Origin: Eledone cirrhosa
Lineage: Eukaryota
Reading direction: 5' to 3'
DNA length: 64,000 nt
Assembly (NCBI GenBank): GCA_964016885.1
Contig: OZ024746.1
Location: 65,100,001 to 65,164,000 of the forward strand
Shown here: positions 43,532 to 57,269 of the stretch, one piece after another
How the letters are laid out: each line of letters begins with the position of its first letter
Position numbering within the stretch: position 1 is the stretch's first letter
Made by a program: the position numbers and the translations under genes
The notes under the pieces: generated by a model
The model's database searches: none
What the model was told of the DNA's origin: nothing
Seen by the model: only the letters and a program-made list of their open reading frames with translations

Positions 43532-43582
<51 letters not shown>

Positions 43583-46055
43583 CATACACATATACATACA
43601 TACATTCACATACACATACATATATACATGCATATATACACATATATACATACATACACACACTCATATATACACACACAATCTTACATTCATATTTGCA
43701 TGCACATATATGTATTTTTATATTCAGATATAAATACCCAAACCTATATAGACACCTACCTACATATATATTCATACATACACGCTTACAAATACAGATG
43801 ATAATAGTATGGGGGAAAGGGGGGGTTTGGAGAAGGGGATCATAGTAAATATATGTTTCAAGAAACATAGAATATTTTCCGTATCTTGATCCAATGTATG
43901 TTTTTACATAGTTTCAGTGTTAGGAAATACAATAAACAAGAACTAAGGCAAAATCTATGCATCTCAAAATAAACAAGTATAGCATTAATTATATGTTAAC
44001 TAAACCAAAGATAGTTAACATATTGATTTCTAAGGTGTAAATTAGTTAGGTTTATAATATTTGAAGCAGAATTTTGAAGTTAAATAGTAGTAGAGTATTA
44101 ATTATAGTATAACTAAATTAAAGTTAATAACGTTATGGTATCAATATTAGGAAATGAATTTAGTAATAGGGAAAAAACAAATAAAATAAAGTATTACATC
44201 GGTAGTAGAATATAAATTATAGGTTAACTAAATTAAAAATTATATATTTATTTCTATAGTATATGTTAATTATGTATATAATACATAAAACAGATATTGT
44301 ATTTTATCAATAGCATAATATAATTATATGCAAATAGACATCAAAATTAATACATATACATATACATATACATACACATACATATATACATATATATACA
44401 CATATATATATATATACATATATACACATATACATACACACACACATACACATACACATATACATATACATATCTTTTTCAAAAAATTGCATAGAATATA
44501 TTAACTAGGTATATATCCAAAACACATCCCATTCTATGATTACATGACTTTCTGCAATTCGTCTGTATAAGGATACTAATTTTAAGCAAATTAAAATTAA
44601 ATTTTTAGGTTGATTAAAATTAAAACCAAATTATAAATATATTTCTAAAATGTATATTAATTAGGTCTATAATACTAAAAATTATATCTCTGTCATTGGA
44701 TACACGATATTATTTTGTTATATTTTATCTGTAAAAGAATTATAATAAAAGGTTTAAATAAATTAAAATTAATCTATAAATTAAATTACTAAGTATATAT
44801 TAGTAATATTTAAAGGTTTTTCACAATTTATGATTACATAATATTTTATATTCTCATCTGTAATAAAATTTTAATTAAATTAAATTTATAGGTTAAATAA
44901 CATTTAAATTAAATTAATTTCTAAAATAATGTTATTAATTAGGTTTATAATATTTAAATGTTTTTTTTAGTTTATGATTACACGATATAATTAATTCCTG
45001 TCGTTTATTTAATAAGATATCCTTAGACTTCATTATTTCAAATAGTTCTTGGGAACATAATCTACATTCATTTCTATTATTTTGATAAGGGGTGGCTCTT
45101 TTGAGCACACTCCAGGTCAAATCATATTCTATATTCTTATTTTTATAACTATTGATTTTTTCTGCTAGAGATGTTGTATTAGCCAGTGCGGCATTTTTAA
45201 AACTATGCTTGTGGGTATTAAACCTTGTCTTAAAATTGTTAGAGGTAGCTCCTATATATGAGCAAATAGAATCTTTAGTTTTAACATTACATTTATAGAC
45301 TATGTTGTTAACAAGACAATTCCCTTTTAATGGGCAGTTTGCTTTGTTTCTACAGTTACATCCTTTCGTTAATTCTGTATTTGAGGAGATATTATGGTTA
45401 ATTTGATGTACTGGTGGTATACTTATGGTTTTCTTACATTTATATGCATTATAGGCACTTATATTTTGTTTTATGTTATTTGTTGTAGAGTATGAGAATT
45501 TAACTGTAGACCTATTTAAGATTTGATGGTATTTGTGGTTTGGCGGGAAGTTTTTCTCAAGGATATAAAAAAATTTTTTAGCAATATTATCCTTAACTTG
45601 TAAATTAAAAGGAGCATTATACCAAGTAACCCGTCTATTACGGTTTCTATGTTGTTTATTATTTTTATTATTTTTATAGGTTGTATCGTGATTTTTACTA
45701 GGAGGATTAATGTTAATGATCTCACCACAACTATTTTTAGTTATATTTGTAGATTTAGGTGTTTTATCCTTTTTATTAGGAGTTTTATTATTAATATTTA
45801 TTAGAGTTGTATGATGAGTAGTTTTTTGAGAGTTACTATACTTTATATTAGAAGATTTGGTATTTTGGGGTATAGTGTGTGTGGCATTTAGGTGTGTACT
45901 TTTCATTTGGTGTTTGTTGGTAATATTATGTTGTATGCTTTCAGTATTTTTAGTAGAAGGTATATACTCTAATCTATTTTTGTGGCCACTTCTATCTAGA
46001 GCTTCGTTATAGAAGGTCGCATTTTTATCAAATACATCTTGGTTAGAAGAAAGGT
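40608..46055 (-). mobile_element. 5'-truncated Neptune-like PLE with ~4.3-kb microsatellite-rich 3' UTR and HHR-bearing pLTR
   Basis: ORF end at 44935-46055; pLTR/HHR at 40608-40950 on the same strand; linkage across the low-complexity UTR is inferred. Confidence 0.75.
44935..46055 (-). pseudogene. PLE C-terminal RT thumb + GIY-YIG endonuclease (open frame, 5'-truncated)
   Basis: LSSNQDVFDKNATFYNEALDRSGH, VTWYNAPF, FPPNHKYHQILNRSTVKFSYS, CNCR...CPLKGNC, NIVY...YIG, CRLC, LLNKRQE. Confidence 0.9.
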
Positions 46056-46110
<55 letters not shown>

Positions 46111-46182
46111 TTGAAGAGAGAGTTGGAAGAGAGGGAGGGAGGGAGAGATTTTTATCAAATACATCTTGGTTAGAAGAAAGGT

Positions 46183-46239
<57 letters not shown>

Positions 46240-47289
46240 TTGAAGAGAGAGTTGGAAGAGAGGGAGGGAGGGAGAGATAACTATATAGCTGAGAGACATG
46301 ATACAGTGGTCGTAAACAACAGGAACAAAATCTCTTTACTGATTGTTATGTATGAGAAGGTGTGACTTTAACCTGTTTGTCCTCTTTTACAAAATAAAGA
46401 AATAATATTATTATTACTGTTATTGTCCTTATTAGTTGCATGAAAATTGGATTCTGTATGAATTTTTTTTTGTAAACGTGATTCACGTTTATATCAGCTA
46501 AGTTATCAATACTGAATTTAGTTTCACAGCCAAAATTAATAGCAAATCGCATAAATACACCCAAACCACACACACACATCACCTGTTAACGCATTAACGT
46601 AAGGACAAAAGGTATTATTTTCTTAAAGCAAAGGAGGTAAGTTTTTTAATAATTCAAATTAATCTTATTTTATGTACTGTAATTTGATTTATTGATTGCT
46701 AAGTTATTGGCATTTCACACACTGTTGATACATTCTACGAATTCAATAATTATTTACTTTGACTTATTTCATTAGTGTACATTTAACGTAGGGCGGTGGA
46801 CTGACAGTATCGGTAGAGAGTCCGACACCATGCTTTGCAGCATTGAGTTACGGTCCTTTACGGTCTGAGTTGAAATCCCGCCGAGGTTAACTTAGGCTTT
46901 CATCCTTAAGGGGTCGATAAAATAAAGCACCAGTAACGCACTGGGTTCAGTTTAATCGATTTTCCCCTCCTCCCAAATTACTGGCCTTGTGCCTATACTA
47001 GAAATCATTATTGTACATTGAACGTGAATTGAAAAAAAAAATCCCTAGGTATTTTTTTCTAATTTGTATGAACTATTGATTTCATTTAATGGATGAGTAT
47101 AGTATGATCGATTTAATCGATTACATAACAAATAATTATTATAACTATACTGGCTGAGGTACGCGGACTTGCTCATGAACTATGAATTTTTGTTACAGTT
47201 AATGACTGCGAATAAGTTATTTTTAACGTTTTTATATATACTCTCGAGTTCCAAATAATAGAGGGTGAAATAAGCGTAGGGAGCCGATG

Positions 47290-47900
47290 TCTGTGGGCTT
47301 CTGAAATGTCACTGCGATAGGTCCCTCGATTCCACAGGCCTCAATAGTATGTCCTGCCACCTGAATGCCGGTCTCTTCGTCCGCCACATCGTGTTAAATC
47401 TGATCATTACGCGGGCCCCTTGCTCCGGTAAATATCCCCTCAGTTCTGGAGCCCGCTGGATTATCCAGAATTGATGGAAATAGACAGGATAACTTTACCC
47501 TTTGTCCTTGGGTAAGATGCAGGTGTCTCACATTGGACACCACAGTCAGTGACTCATTCGCTCCCTTCCATGGATGCCGCGGTAAATGTGCGGGTCGCTG
47601 CTTCCATTGCCGAACAGAATAAAATCCTAAAATACCACGAACTATTAAATAGCTACATTTTTCAGCCTGTGACGTTCGACACCTTTGGTAGACCTGGGCC
47701 GCTGACAGCAAAGTTCTTGTCATCGTTAGTGGCTCACCATAACAAGGTATCCGATGATACCCGAGAAAGAGCCTGGTTGTTTCAGCGCCTTAGCCTCACT
47801 ATCACCCGCGGTAATGCTGCGAGTGTGTTGGCTTGCCTCAAAATTTGCCATTTACCCTTGTGGTGTACGGTCGATTGTCGCACTTGGTGGTGAATTGATA
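47290..47900 (+). pseudogene. CRE-clade non-LTR retrotransposon 3' fragment (restriction-like endonuclease region)
   Basis: SVLEPAGLSRIDG...TLCPW; AEQNKILKY...YIFQPVTFDTFG...RERAWLFQRLSLTITRGNAASVL. Confidence 0.75.
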
Positions 47901-48039
47901 GTTATTTTTGCTTATTTCTTTTTCCCTTTTCTTTTTCTCTCGCTTTGACCATATATTTTGGGGCATTGCATTTGAGAGCTTCCTAGCAATAAATAATTGT
48001 ATTTATTATATGTGTCTATATCTGTGTTTATATTTTCAT

Positions 48040-48130
<91 letters not shown>

Positions 48131-48132
<2 letters not shown>

Positions 48133-48984
48133 GTTATTCCGGGTTGAATCGGAGGTAACCACAGTAAGTAAGGTACTCAATACATAGCAGAGTATAAAAG
48201 TTTTAATATAGATGAGATTCTACAGGACTAGAACTGTTTCATTCATTAGAAATCATCAGGAATCTGGGTATCAAAAAATAGAAATGGTATTTATAGGTCT
48301 CTACAAGTGGTAGGAGAGGGTGGGGAGTGGGATGGGTGCAGGTCATTGGTTGATAGAAAAGGGAATTCATTAAAAGCTAATTCTACAAAGCTATAGTTTA
48401 TTTTTATTTATTTATGTTTTTAGAGTAACAAGGGCAGACAGAATTCTATAAACAGGTTCAGGATGGCATACCATTCCTTGTCATTAAGTTTCTCTTAAGC
48501 TAACAGATGTCTATAAGATCAGTGGGGGGTGAGTCATGGTCAATAGAATTAAAGAAAAGGGAGATTCTTTAAAAGCTAAAATCATTAAGGTTCTACTAAG
48601 TGACAAAGGTCTAGAGAATTCTGCAGACAGATTCAAAATACTGAGTGCATATCTTACTATTATCTTCGAACTTCTCTTAAACTAATCAACTATATGCCAA
48701 AAATCAACAGACACATTCACAAAAAAAAAAAAAAAAAAAAAAAACATACTCACTCACACACTTACGCGCAACCATAAACACACACACAAACACATATACA
48801 CACATAAAAAGCTATAATGAATTCCCTTTTCTATCAACCAATGACCTGCACCCATCCCACTCCCCACCCTCTCCTACCACTTGTAGAGACCTATAAATAC
48901 CATTTCTATTTTTTGATACCCAGATTCCTGATGATTTCTAATGAATGAAACAGTTCTAGTCCTGTAGAATCTCATCTATATTAA

Positions 48985-48987
<3 letters not shown>
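48131..48987. mobile_element. Inverted-repeat PLE remnant (arms 48200-48378 / 48810-48987, tail 48131-48199); interior related to ~20720-20930
   Basis: Near-perfect ~180-bp inverted arms in (TA)n, each with an HHR. Confidence 0.8.
48922..48972 (+). ncRNA. Canonical type I hammerhead ribozyme (mirror 48215-48265 on -)
   Basis: agattc/gaatct stem I; CUGAUGA 48928-48934; ttc/gaa stem II; GAAA; acag/ctgt stem III; GUA, cut after 48966. Confidence 0.85.
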
Positions 48988-49024
<37 letters not shown>

Positions 49025-49056
49025 CAATTAAAAAATTAAAAATATATATATATATA

Positions 49057-49803
49057 TTACAATTAAAAAAAAAAAAAATATATGATCAACACTACTGTGT
49101 TTTTTTTGCAAAATGACAATAATTTTTTAGCCAGATAGAAATACCTTAATTCAAGTACATATAGTCCGTCTGTATCGATCTAGAGAATTTTAAATATTAA
49201 ATCTATACTTACAGACGTAAAATGGCAATTGCCTGGTGCCTAGACAAGTTTAAATTTCAAAATTCAAACCTTTTCAGCAGATCGGGCGGAACTTCAAAAC
49301 ATAAACCTGTTTCACAAGGGATGTTATACTAATGAAATAATTAATTAATTACGGAACAACTATTTATAAAATAATTATTAGTGAAGTAATCAATTTTCTG
49401 TGATCTTCGGTAGGCACCCAGAAATTAAAATCACTTCTCCTAAGATAATATCTTAAGACTGATCTGTCGCAAGTCTAATACATGTGCTTTTGCACACAAC
49501 CTTCTCAGCATTCTGGCTCATATCCATGGCGCTAGAAATAACAGCCGTGAATATGTGATTGTGAATTCAGCTCAACCGAAGCAGTTGCCATTTTACATCT
49601 GTAAGTATTTAAAATTCTCTAGATCGATACAGACGGACTATATGTACTTGAATTAAGGTATTTCTATCTGGCTAAAAAATTATTGTCATTTTGCAAAAAA
49701 AACACAGTAGTGTTGATCATATATTTTTTAATTTTTAAATTGTAATGTAATGCTCAGAAGTAGTTTTCTTAGAGCTTAATATTTGTAAATGACTACTAAA
49801 CTG

Positions 49804-49807
<4 letters not shown>
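49057..49807. mobile_element. Inverted-repeat element with ~60-nt tail (PLE-type architecture, no HHR recognised)
   Basis: Arms ~49057-49232 / 49581-49746; tail 49747-49807; (TA)n flanks. Confidence 0.6.
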
Positions 49808-49849
<42 letters not shown>

Positions 49850-49924
49850 AGTATGTATGTATGTGTACGTACATACATATATATATACAGACGTACAGTA
49901 GTATGTATTTAGCAGCATAGTATA

Positions 49925-52900
49925 TGTGGTAAAATGAATGTATCCTAGTTGGATTGTTTATCGACATAGACGTGAGGGAAGGTCCCTCGTCTATTTACAA
50001 TTTTTGTAAGTGAGAATTATAACAAAGTGACTGGGTGTGTGCGTAAACAGGACAATGACCACAACGAGAATTACATTCAACAATTGTAAATAATGGTGAT
50101 GCATATTTTGTTTATATGTGTTTATTATATTACAAATGGAACATACCAAATATAGACGCGGTCAGTTGTGGTGAAAGGGGCGTATTACAATTACAAAGGT
50201 ATTGTGGGGTTTGCTGTTTGCTGTTTCCTTGGCTGTTTATCGTTTCGTGGTACAGAGGCTGTTTTCTGTGGCGTGTGTTTAGTCTGTTTTCCCGTGGCTG
50301 TCTGTGTTTACCTCTGGTGTTCTCAACCAGGGGGAGACAACTAGCTTGGGCTATTATCCGCCAGGAGGCGTGAGGCATCTTACTACAGTATCCACTGCCA
50401 GATTTTTAAATCATTGAAAATCGATGTTATTACTCACACGTGGAGTAAGATGGCGAACAATGCAACAAGGGGGAGCTATTTGCTCTACAAATCATTAAAT
50501 CCAAAATAAGGATTTGAAAAATGTTAAAAAAAAACACAACATGCATGAAAAACAAGGCACAGAAAAAGCAGAAACACAGAGGCAAAAAAAAAAGGTGCAG
50601 CTGACACAGTCTAAATATAGACGGTGCTGCAAAGTTTTTTGGGCCAGTGGACCCTACGACCTGAACGGATCGTGGTCTTGTAACGTGGCGATGGTGGTGG
50701 TGTAGGGACAGGCGATGATGGTGGTTCAGGAACAGGCGTTCGCTCAACAGGCAAATACGAAGGGGTCCGTGTCAAGGTGTGCCTGCTTAAGCCTGTCTAT
50801 TGTAACTGTCTCCCTGGACCCTTTAATATCTAAAGTGAAATGCTTAGCCGAGCGCGCTAAGACACGGTAAGGTCCAGTGTAAGGCTGTGTGAGCGGGGGC
50901 TTCACAGAATCTTTCCTTACAAAGACATGCGTCCACGAGGCAACATCCCTCGGGACAGCAGTCTTGACAGTTTGTTTCCTAGTGTCCATTGGCGGCAAAT
51001 CCTGGAAATAGGAGCGCAAACGAGACACGTAGGAAGCGTGATCTTGGGCATCAAGATCGATAGGGGCAAGCATTTGCCCGGGCAACGTCAGAGGGCCACC
51101 GTGCAGTACTTCGGCCGGTGAAAATCCAAAGTCGACCTTCACCGTTGACCGAATCCCTAGTAGCACAATAGGGAGGTACTCGCTCCAATGCGCCGAGTCC
51201 ATTGAGGCCATTAAGGAGGCCTTCAGTTGTCGGTGAAAACGCTCCACCATACCATTCGAAGCGGGATGGTACGCCGTAGTTCTAATGCGTTTAGCACCAA
51301 TTAATTTTGACAGTTCGAGGAAAAGGCTCGACTCGAACTGTCGTCCACGGTCGGTAGTTATTGTGGATGGAACTCCATAACGAGAGATCCATCCAGACAC
51401 AAGAGCACGCGCTGTTATCTCAGCGGTGATGTTTTTCAAGGGGATGGCTTCAGGCCATCTCGAAAAACGGTCAAGTATGGTCAGCAGATAAGAATAACCA
51501 TCGCTGACAGGCCAAGGTCCCACTATATCAATATGAATGTGCGAAAAACGCGCATCTGGGTTAGTAAAGGTACCCAGGGGAGCCTTGACGTGTCGATGGA
51601 CCTTTGATTTCTGGCAAGCGACGCAGGAACGGCACCAAGCAGCAATTTCCGCCTCATATTTGGCCAGAAAAATCTAGCTGATATGAGCTTTGCTGTGGCA
51701 GTAGATCCTGGATGCGAGAAACCATGTAATGCCAGAAACACTCTCTGACGATGATTCTCTGGAACGAAGGGCCTAGGCACGTCCAAAGAGACGTCGCAGA
51801 GAATTTGGCCAACTGCAGTCGACAGAGGCAAGTATTTCATCTCGCAATTCGCAAACTCGGGCGATGTAACATCCAATGACTCAAGAGGAGGCTGATCCGC
51901 AGCCAAACGAGTCAGATCTATGTCAGAGGGTGACGAGATCGCTGTCACGGGTTAGCGGGACAAAGCATCGGCCGCTGTATTTAGTGAACCCGGAATGTGT
52001 TGCATATCATTCGTATATTGCGAGATGAAATCAAGGTGTTCGTCTCTCTGAGCGAGTATTTATCAGCCTTCGCTCTCAACGCAAAAGTCAATGGTTTATT
52101 GTCAGTGAGGATAGTAAATAGTCTACCCTCTAGCATATGTGAAAAATGTTTCACGGCTAAATAGATGGCTAAAAGCTCTCTTCCAAAGGTGCTGTAGCGC
52201 GTCTCAGCAGGTTTCATCTTTCTGGAAAAGAACTCCAGCGGTTGCTGGTAACCATTGGTGTTTTGCTGTAGCACTGCGCCCACAGCGATATCCGATACAT
52301 CAACACAAAGCGTTAGCTTTGCACCGGGTACCGGGTGAGTCAGTAACGAAGCATTAGCCAAAGCAGTTTTGGCGTGCTGAAAATCAGCAAGTTGAGTGTC
52401 TGTCAAAGAAATGTCTTTGTTCTTCCAACAATTTTTTTAAATTTCTGTCAGGGAGAAAAGCAATCTTGCACAATTTGGCACGAAACGCCTATAAAAGTTA
52501 ATCAGGCCTAAGAACTGGCGTAACTGACGTAGTGAGGTCGGTGGAGGCAAATCCTCTATGACCTTAACTCGCTCAGGCCGGGGTCGAATACCGTCAGCAT
52601 CGATGACGTGACCCAAGAAAGTCAGTGACTCAGCACCAAAAACACATTTGGGTGCATTAATCTGCACGTTATACGCCTTCAATCGGCGGAAAAGAAGATT
52701 CAAATGGTGCGTATGTTGCTCTTGAGAAGAACTAGTAATGAGCAGGTCGTCAATATAGGTATAGACGAAATCGAGGCACGAGTAACCTCATCCATAAACC
52801 GCTGAAACGTACTAGCGGCATTCCTTAATCCGAACGGCATGGTCAAAAACTCAAATGACCCAACTATAGCCGTTTTTGGAATGTCATTTTTATGGACAGG

Positions 52901-55566
52901 AATTTGATGGTACGCACGAATTAAATCCAGTTTAGAGAATATCTTGCATCCCTGCAACGAAGACGCAAAGTCTTGCAGATGAGGGATAGGATAATGGTCC
53001 GGTTCCGTTATCGAATTTAGGCGTCGATAATCTCCAGTAGGTCTCCAATCGCCAGTCGCTTTCGATACCATGTGTAATGGGCTCGTGGACGGACGAATAA
53101 TCCCCAACTGCAGCATATGATCAAACTCTGATCGTGCTGCTTTGAGTTTGTCCGGAGGCAAGCGACGAGAACGAGAAAAAACGGGAGCACCAGTTGTAGA
53201 TATGAAGTGCTCCGTGGTATGAGTTGGCTCATCAACTCGAAAATTTCCCTGAGTCAGTTGCGGGAACGAGTTCAACAACGCATGGTAAGTATCACCGGTG
53301 TTAGCAAGAAAAAAGGTCGGGCTAACCGTTGGAACTCCTGCTGCCTTGCCAACAACAGTTAAACCAGTGATGCCATCAATTAGGCGTTTACGGCGGACGT
53401 CCACCGTCAATGAAAAATGGTGGAGAAAATCCGCGCCTAGAATCGGATACGGCAAGGCAGCGACAGTAAATATCCATTTAAACTCGCGCCGCAGATTACG
53501 GAACTGCAAAGGTAGCGAGATTTGTCCGAAGGTTCGAATCGGCGAACAATTTACTGCTTGCAACTCAATAGGTGTCTCAGGGGAGTTTCCTTCATACAAC
53601 ACACAGGCCATATTGAACAAGCTGCACCTGTGTCAACCAGAAAGGCTCTACCTGATAGCAGGTCCTCAATGAACATGTGGCGGTTGGATGATGTTTCGCA
53701 GAGCGCACTATCCGCCGTTAGTGACTCTGGTCGTCGTTTCCCATGTAAGCACAAGGAGGCCTACAACGGGCGGCTTTGTCACCATATTTGTCATGGTAAT
53801 AACAATATGGTGGTTTTGGTGTTTTGGAAGGGCTACGGTGGCGAGGAGTTGAATAACATCGTGAGCGGCTCCTCTGCCGTCCAAAAAACCTGAATTCCTG
53901 GCACAACTCCGACGAGTCATGGCTTCCATTGTGGTGACTAATTTCTCATCACTCGCTGATGAGCGTGATTGAGGAAGAGAAGAGGAAGCAACGTACTTTG
54001 GCTTCGAAGTGTCTATCTTCGTCACTTCTACAAATTTGTCAGCAGAGACAGCAATGTGGTCGAGGGTATTTACCTCTAGCATATGGGCTAGGATCGCCTG
54101 TACCTCTTGAGGTAGGCGAGAGAAGAACAATTGCTTCAGGAAAGGGCTATCCTGATCTTGGGAATCGCTCAAATCCCGCAAATGCCGGAGAAAAGCGGTA
54201 GGGGTCCTGTCCCCTAATCGTTCGTCCTCGATCAATGACCGAAAACGACTCTCTACCGACTTACAGTTCCTTCTCAAGATCTCGCCTTTTAAAGACTCAT
54301 ACGTTAAGTCAGAGGGGGTCTGTAATTAGGTCTTGGACCGAATCTGCTAAATTAGGGGGAAGTCCGCTAATCAAGACAGCGAGGCGCTGGTCAGACTCGA
54401 TCTTACAGACGTAAAATACGCCTGTAGCTGGGCCAACCACAGCTTAGGGTTTCCGGTAAAGGCGAGCAAATGTGGCGCATTCATGGTAAAACGTTTAAAA
54501 TTAAAAAAATATATATATATAAACAGCAATTAATGTACCCTCGTATAAGGAAAAGCAAACACCCAAAATGGAAAAAAAATGAAAGATCAAAAAGAAACAG
54601 ACATTCAAAACATTAGGAAATAGGAAAAATACATAAAATACATATATATATTTCTAAAAAAAATTTTCCTTCAACAGTAAATCAAATAACCCGTGAAAAA
54701 GAGAAAAGAAAAATGTTTGTTTTAGAATATATCCACGTTGGATATCAGCAATAGGTAGCCTGTGGCTAAAAATCCCTTAGAAAAAAGTAAGGCATGTATA
54801 TCCCCTGCGGGGCAGTAATGTTCACAAAAAAGTTTTTTTCCCTTGATCAAATATGGAACACACACGCAATTCCAAAATGTCCCTGTCCTGGCGGAAAATT
54901 ACAAAACGGGGAAGGAAAGCAACGCCATCTTGGATATTTTTTTTGGCTGGTTTGTATACCTTGTCAATACGGTATAAACACTTTATTATTTCTCTGTCTT
55001 TTTTTTGTATTCTCGTAAGTTGCGAAAAGGTTGGCAACGTGGTAATAACAGTGAAGTTCAACTGAATAAAAAGGCTGCGTAAAATTCTTACGTCGGTCAC
55101 CAGTGTGGTAAAATGAATGTATCCTAGTTGGATTGTTTATCGACATAGACGTGAGGGAAGGTCCCTCGTCTATTTACAATTTTTGTAAGTGAGAATTATA
55201 ACAAAGTGAGTGGGTGTGTGCGTAAACAAGACAATAACCACAACGAGAGTTACATTCAACAATTGTAAATAATGGTGATGTTTATTTTGTTTATATGTGT
55301 TTATTATATTACAAATGGAACATACCAAATATAGACGCGGTCAGTTGTGGTGAAAGGAGCGTATTACAATTACAAAGGTATTGTGGGGTTTGCTGTTTGC
55401 TGTTCCCTTGGCTGTTTATCGTTTCGTGGTACAGAGGCTGTTTTCTGTGGCGTGTGTTTAGTCTGTTTTCCCGTGGCTGTCTGTGTTTACCTCTGGTGTT
55501 CTCAACCAGGGGGAGACAACTAGCTTGGGCTATTATCCGCCAGGAGGCGTGAGGCGTCTTACTACA
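49925..55566 (-). mobile_element. Full-length Ty3/gypsy LTR retrotransposon, decayed
   Basis: 463-bp LTRs 49925-50387 and 55104-55566 (TG...CA); TATA TSD; PBS TGGTGACCGACG (tRNA-Trp-like) at ~55091-55102; order gag-PR-RT-RH-IN. Confidence 0.95.
50744..54484 (-). pseudogene. gypsy gag-pol (gag, protease, RT, RNase H, integrase), multiply frameshifted
   Basis: gag NPKLWLAQLQ, LGDRTP; PR FLVDTGA; [22 protein letters not shown]; RH YSTFGRELLAI; [29 protein letters not shown]. Confidence 0.92.
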
Positions 55567-56155
55567 TATATAAATGTTATTGAGACACGAGTAACATAAT
55601 AATGATGTCAACAGCAGAAATTAGAGAGGAAATGTATTTTTATTTTTATTGTAGCACAAATAGTTGTTTCTACGTTAGGCACAAGGCCAGCAATTACCCA
55701 GTGCATTACTGGTACTTTATTTTATCGACCCCGTAAGGATGAAAGGCAAAGTTAACCTCGGCGGGATTTGAACTCAGAATGGCAAGGGCCGTAACTCTAT
55801 ACGTCAAAGCATGGCGTCCGACCCTCTCCCAATACTGCCAATCCACCGCCCTGTTGTAGCACAAATAAGGTTTGTTAACTTGTATGGTTGAAGTTACACA
55901 TAAAATGAGGTTACAAAAGGGAATGTGCCATTGTGCCGGAAAGCCGGCAGGACAAAGTGCAAAATATCACCATCAGATGTTGTATGTATTGCTGGTTCGA
56001 AGTTCCGTGTGCGAGAGAGAGATTCTTCAAATCTTCGCGGGGAATTTCTCCCTCAGGGCGCGTAGGGATACATCCTCTTCTACTGGCGTTGATTGGCTGA
56101 GCTGAGCCAAATCACGCACAGAGAATGTATGTGAGCCCGCGGAATGTAGGTCACT

Positions 56156-57201
56156 ACATGTATATATATACATACATGCACACATATATATATGCACGTA
56201 TCGGTTTACCGAACATTTATTATAATGCTCTGTTTGTTCGTTTGTAAACAAACAGCCCGAGTTACGCCGGACAGTGTTTAGGCTTGAAACTAGTACATCG
56301 TTCCTGTGTCAGTGTTGAACAAAAAAGGTGACGTGGTAGCCTAAACACTGTACGGCGTAATTCGGGCTGTTTTTTTGTTTACAAACGAACAAACCGAGCA
56401 TTATAATAAATGTTCGGTAAACCGATACGTGCATATATATATATATGTGTGCATGTATGTATATACATATGTCAGGTCACCAGTTGGTGCTACTGGTAAC
56501 ATGTATCCCAGTACAATCTGTCTCATGGTCGGGTCGTTGGCGACTAAACTGGCAACCCCACCAAGGTTTCTTGGTGAGGAGGGTGACTTTGGACATCCTG
56601 CAGGACTAAAAACAAAACCTGTCAAAGGGCAAAGGAGCTCTTAAGAGTCAATGGCCATCCAAAATCACCGGGAGAGATGACCCCTTAGCCTTTGTCAAGG
56701 CAGAATTCTAGGAGAAGGAAAACTCTGATATAACACCTGCAACCCTGATGGTATCCAATGATGTTGACTTGTTCTTCTTTTTGGTAAATATCATCTTGGT
56801 TAAGAGAGTGGGACTGGCTTTGTGCAGTGCCTTTGCTCACTATAAAAGCTTCACGGCACAGGCATTGCTTTATATCTGGAGATCTCTCTGCACTTGTCCT
56901 CACATGGTACCATGGGCCCAGCACTATGTGTCAATAATTGTCACAAGTGTAGTGTTTGTACCAGAGGTTTCAAGTCGCTGGCTGGACTAAAAAGTCACAC
57001 TCGTTCAGCGCTTCGGTAGGGGTTCTCCTACATGGATATAAAGTAGTGGCCGTACTCGAAAACGAGTTGGCAGCCACCATATATATACATACTACTGTAC
57101 GTCTGTATACATATATGTATGTACGTATACATACATACATACTTACATTTAAGTAAGTGCCGTACTAGAGTGAGAAATGAAATTTCGTTTCATACTATTC
57201 C

Positions 57202-57205
<4 letters not shown>
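56156..57205 (+). mobile_element. Retrozyme family B partial unit with 5' inversion, interrupted by the (ATGT)n-tailed element at 56471-57080
   Basis: 56156-56283 is the reverse complement of ~56339-56470; + arm starts inside the HHR (gcttgaaactagtacatcg) and resumes at ~57081. Confidence 0.8.

Positions 57206-57269
<64 letters not shown>

Noticed and set aside
46056-46299. N-terminal part of the 454-aa ORF
   Set aside because: Read-through into duplicated microsatellite flank, not PLE coding
50116-50378. Duplicated 82-100 aa ORFs here and at 55295-55611
   Set aside because: Incidental frames inside the two LTRs
56471-56570. HDV-like ribozyme at the 5' end of the RTE-like element
   Set aside because: RTE elements can carry one, but I could not build the nested double pseudoknot by eye
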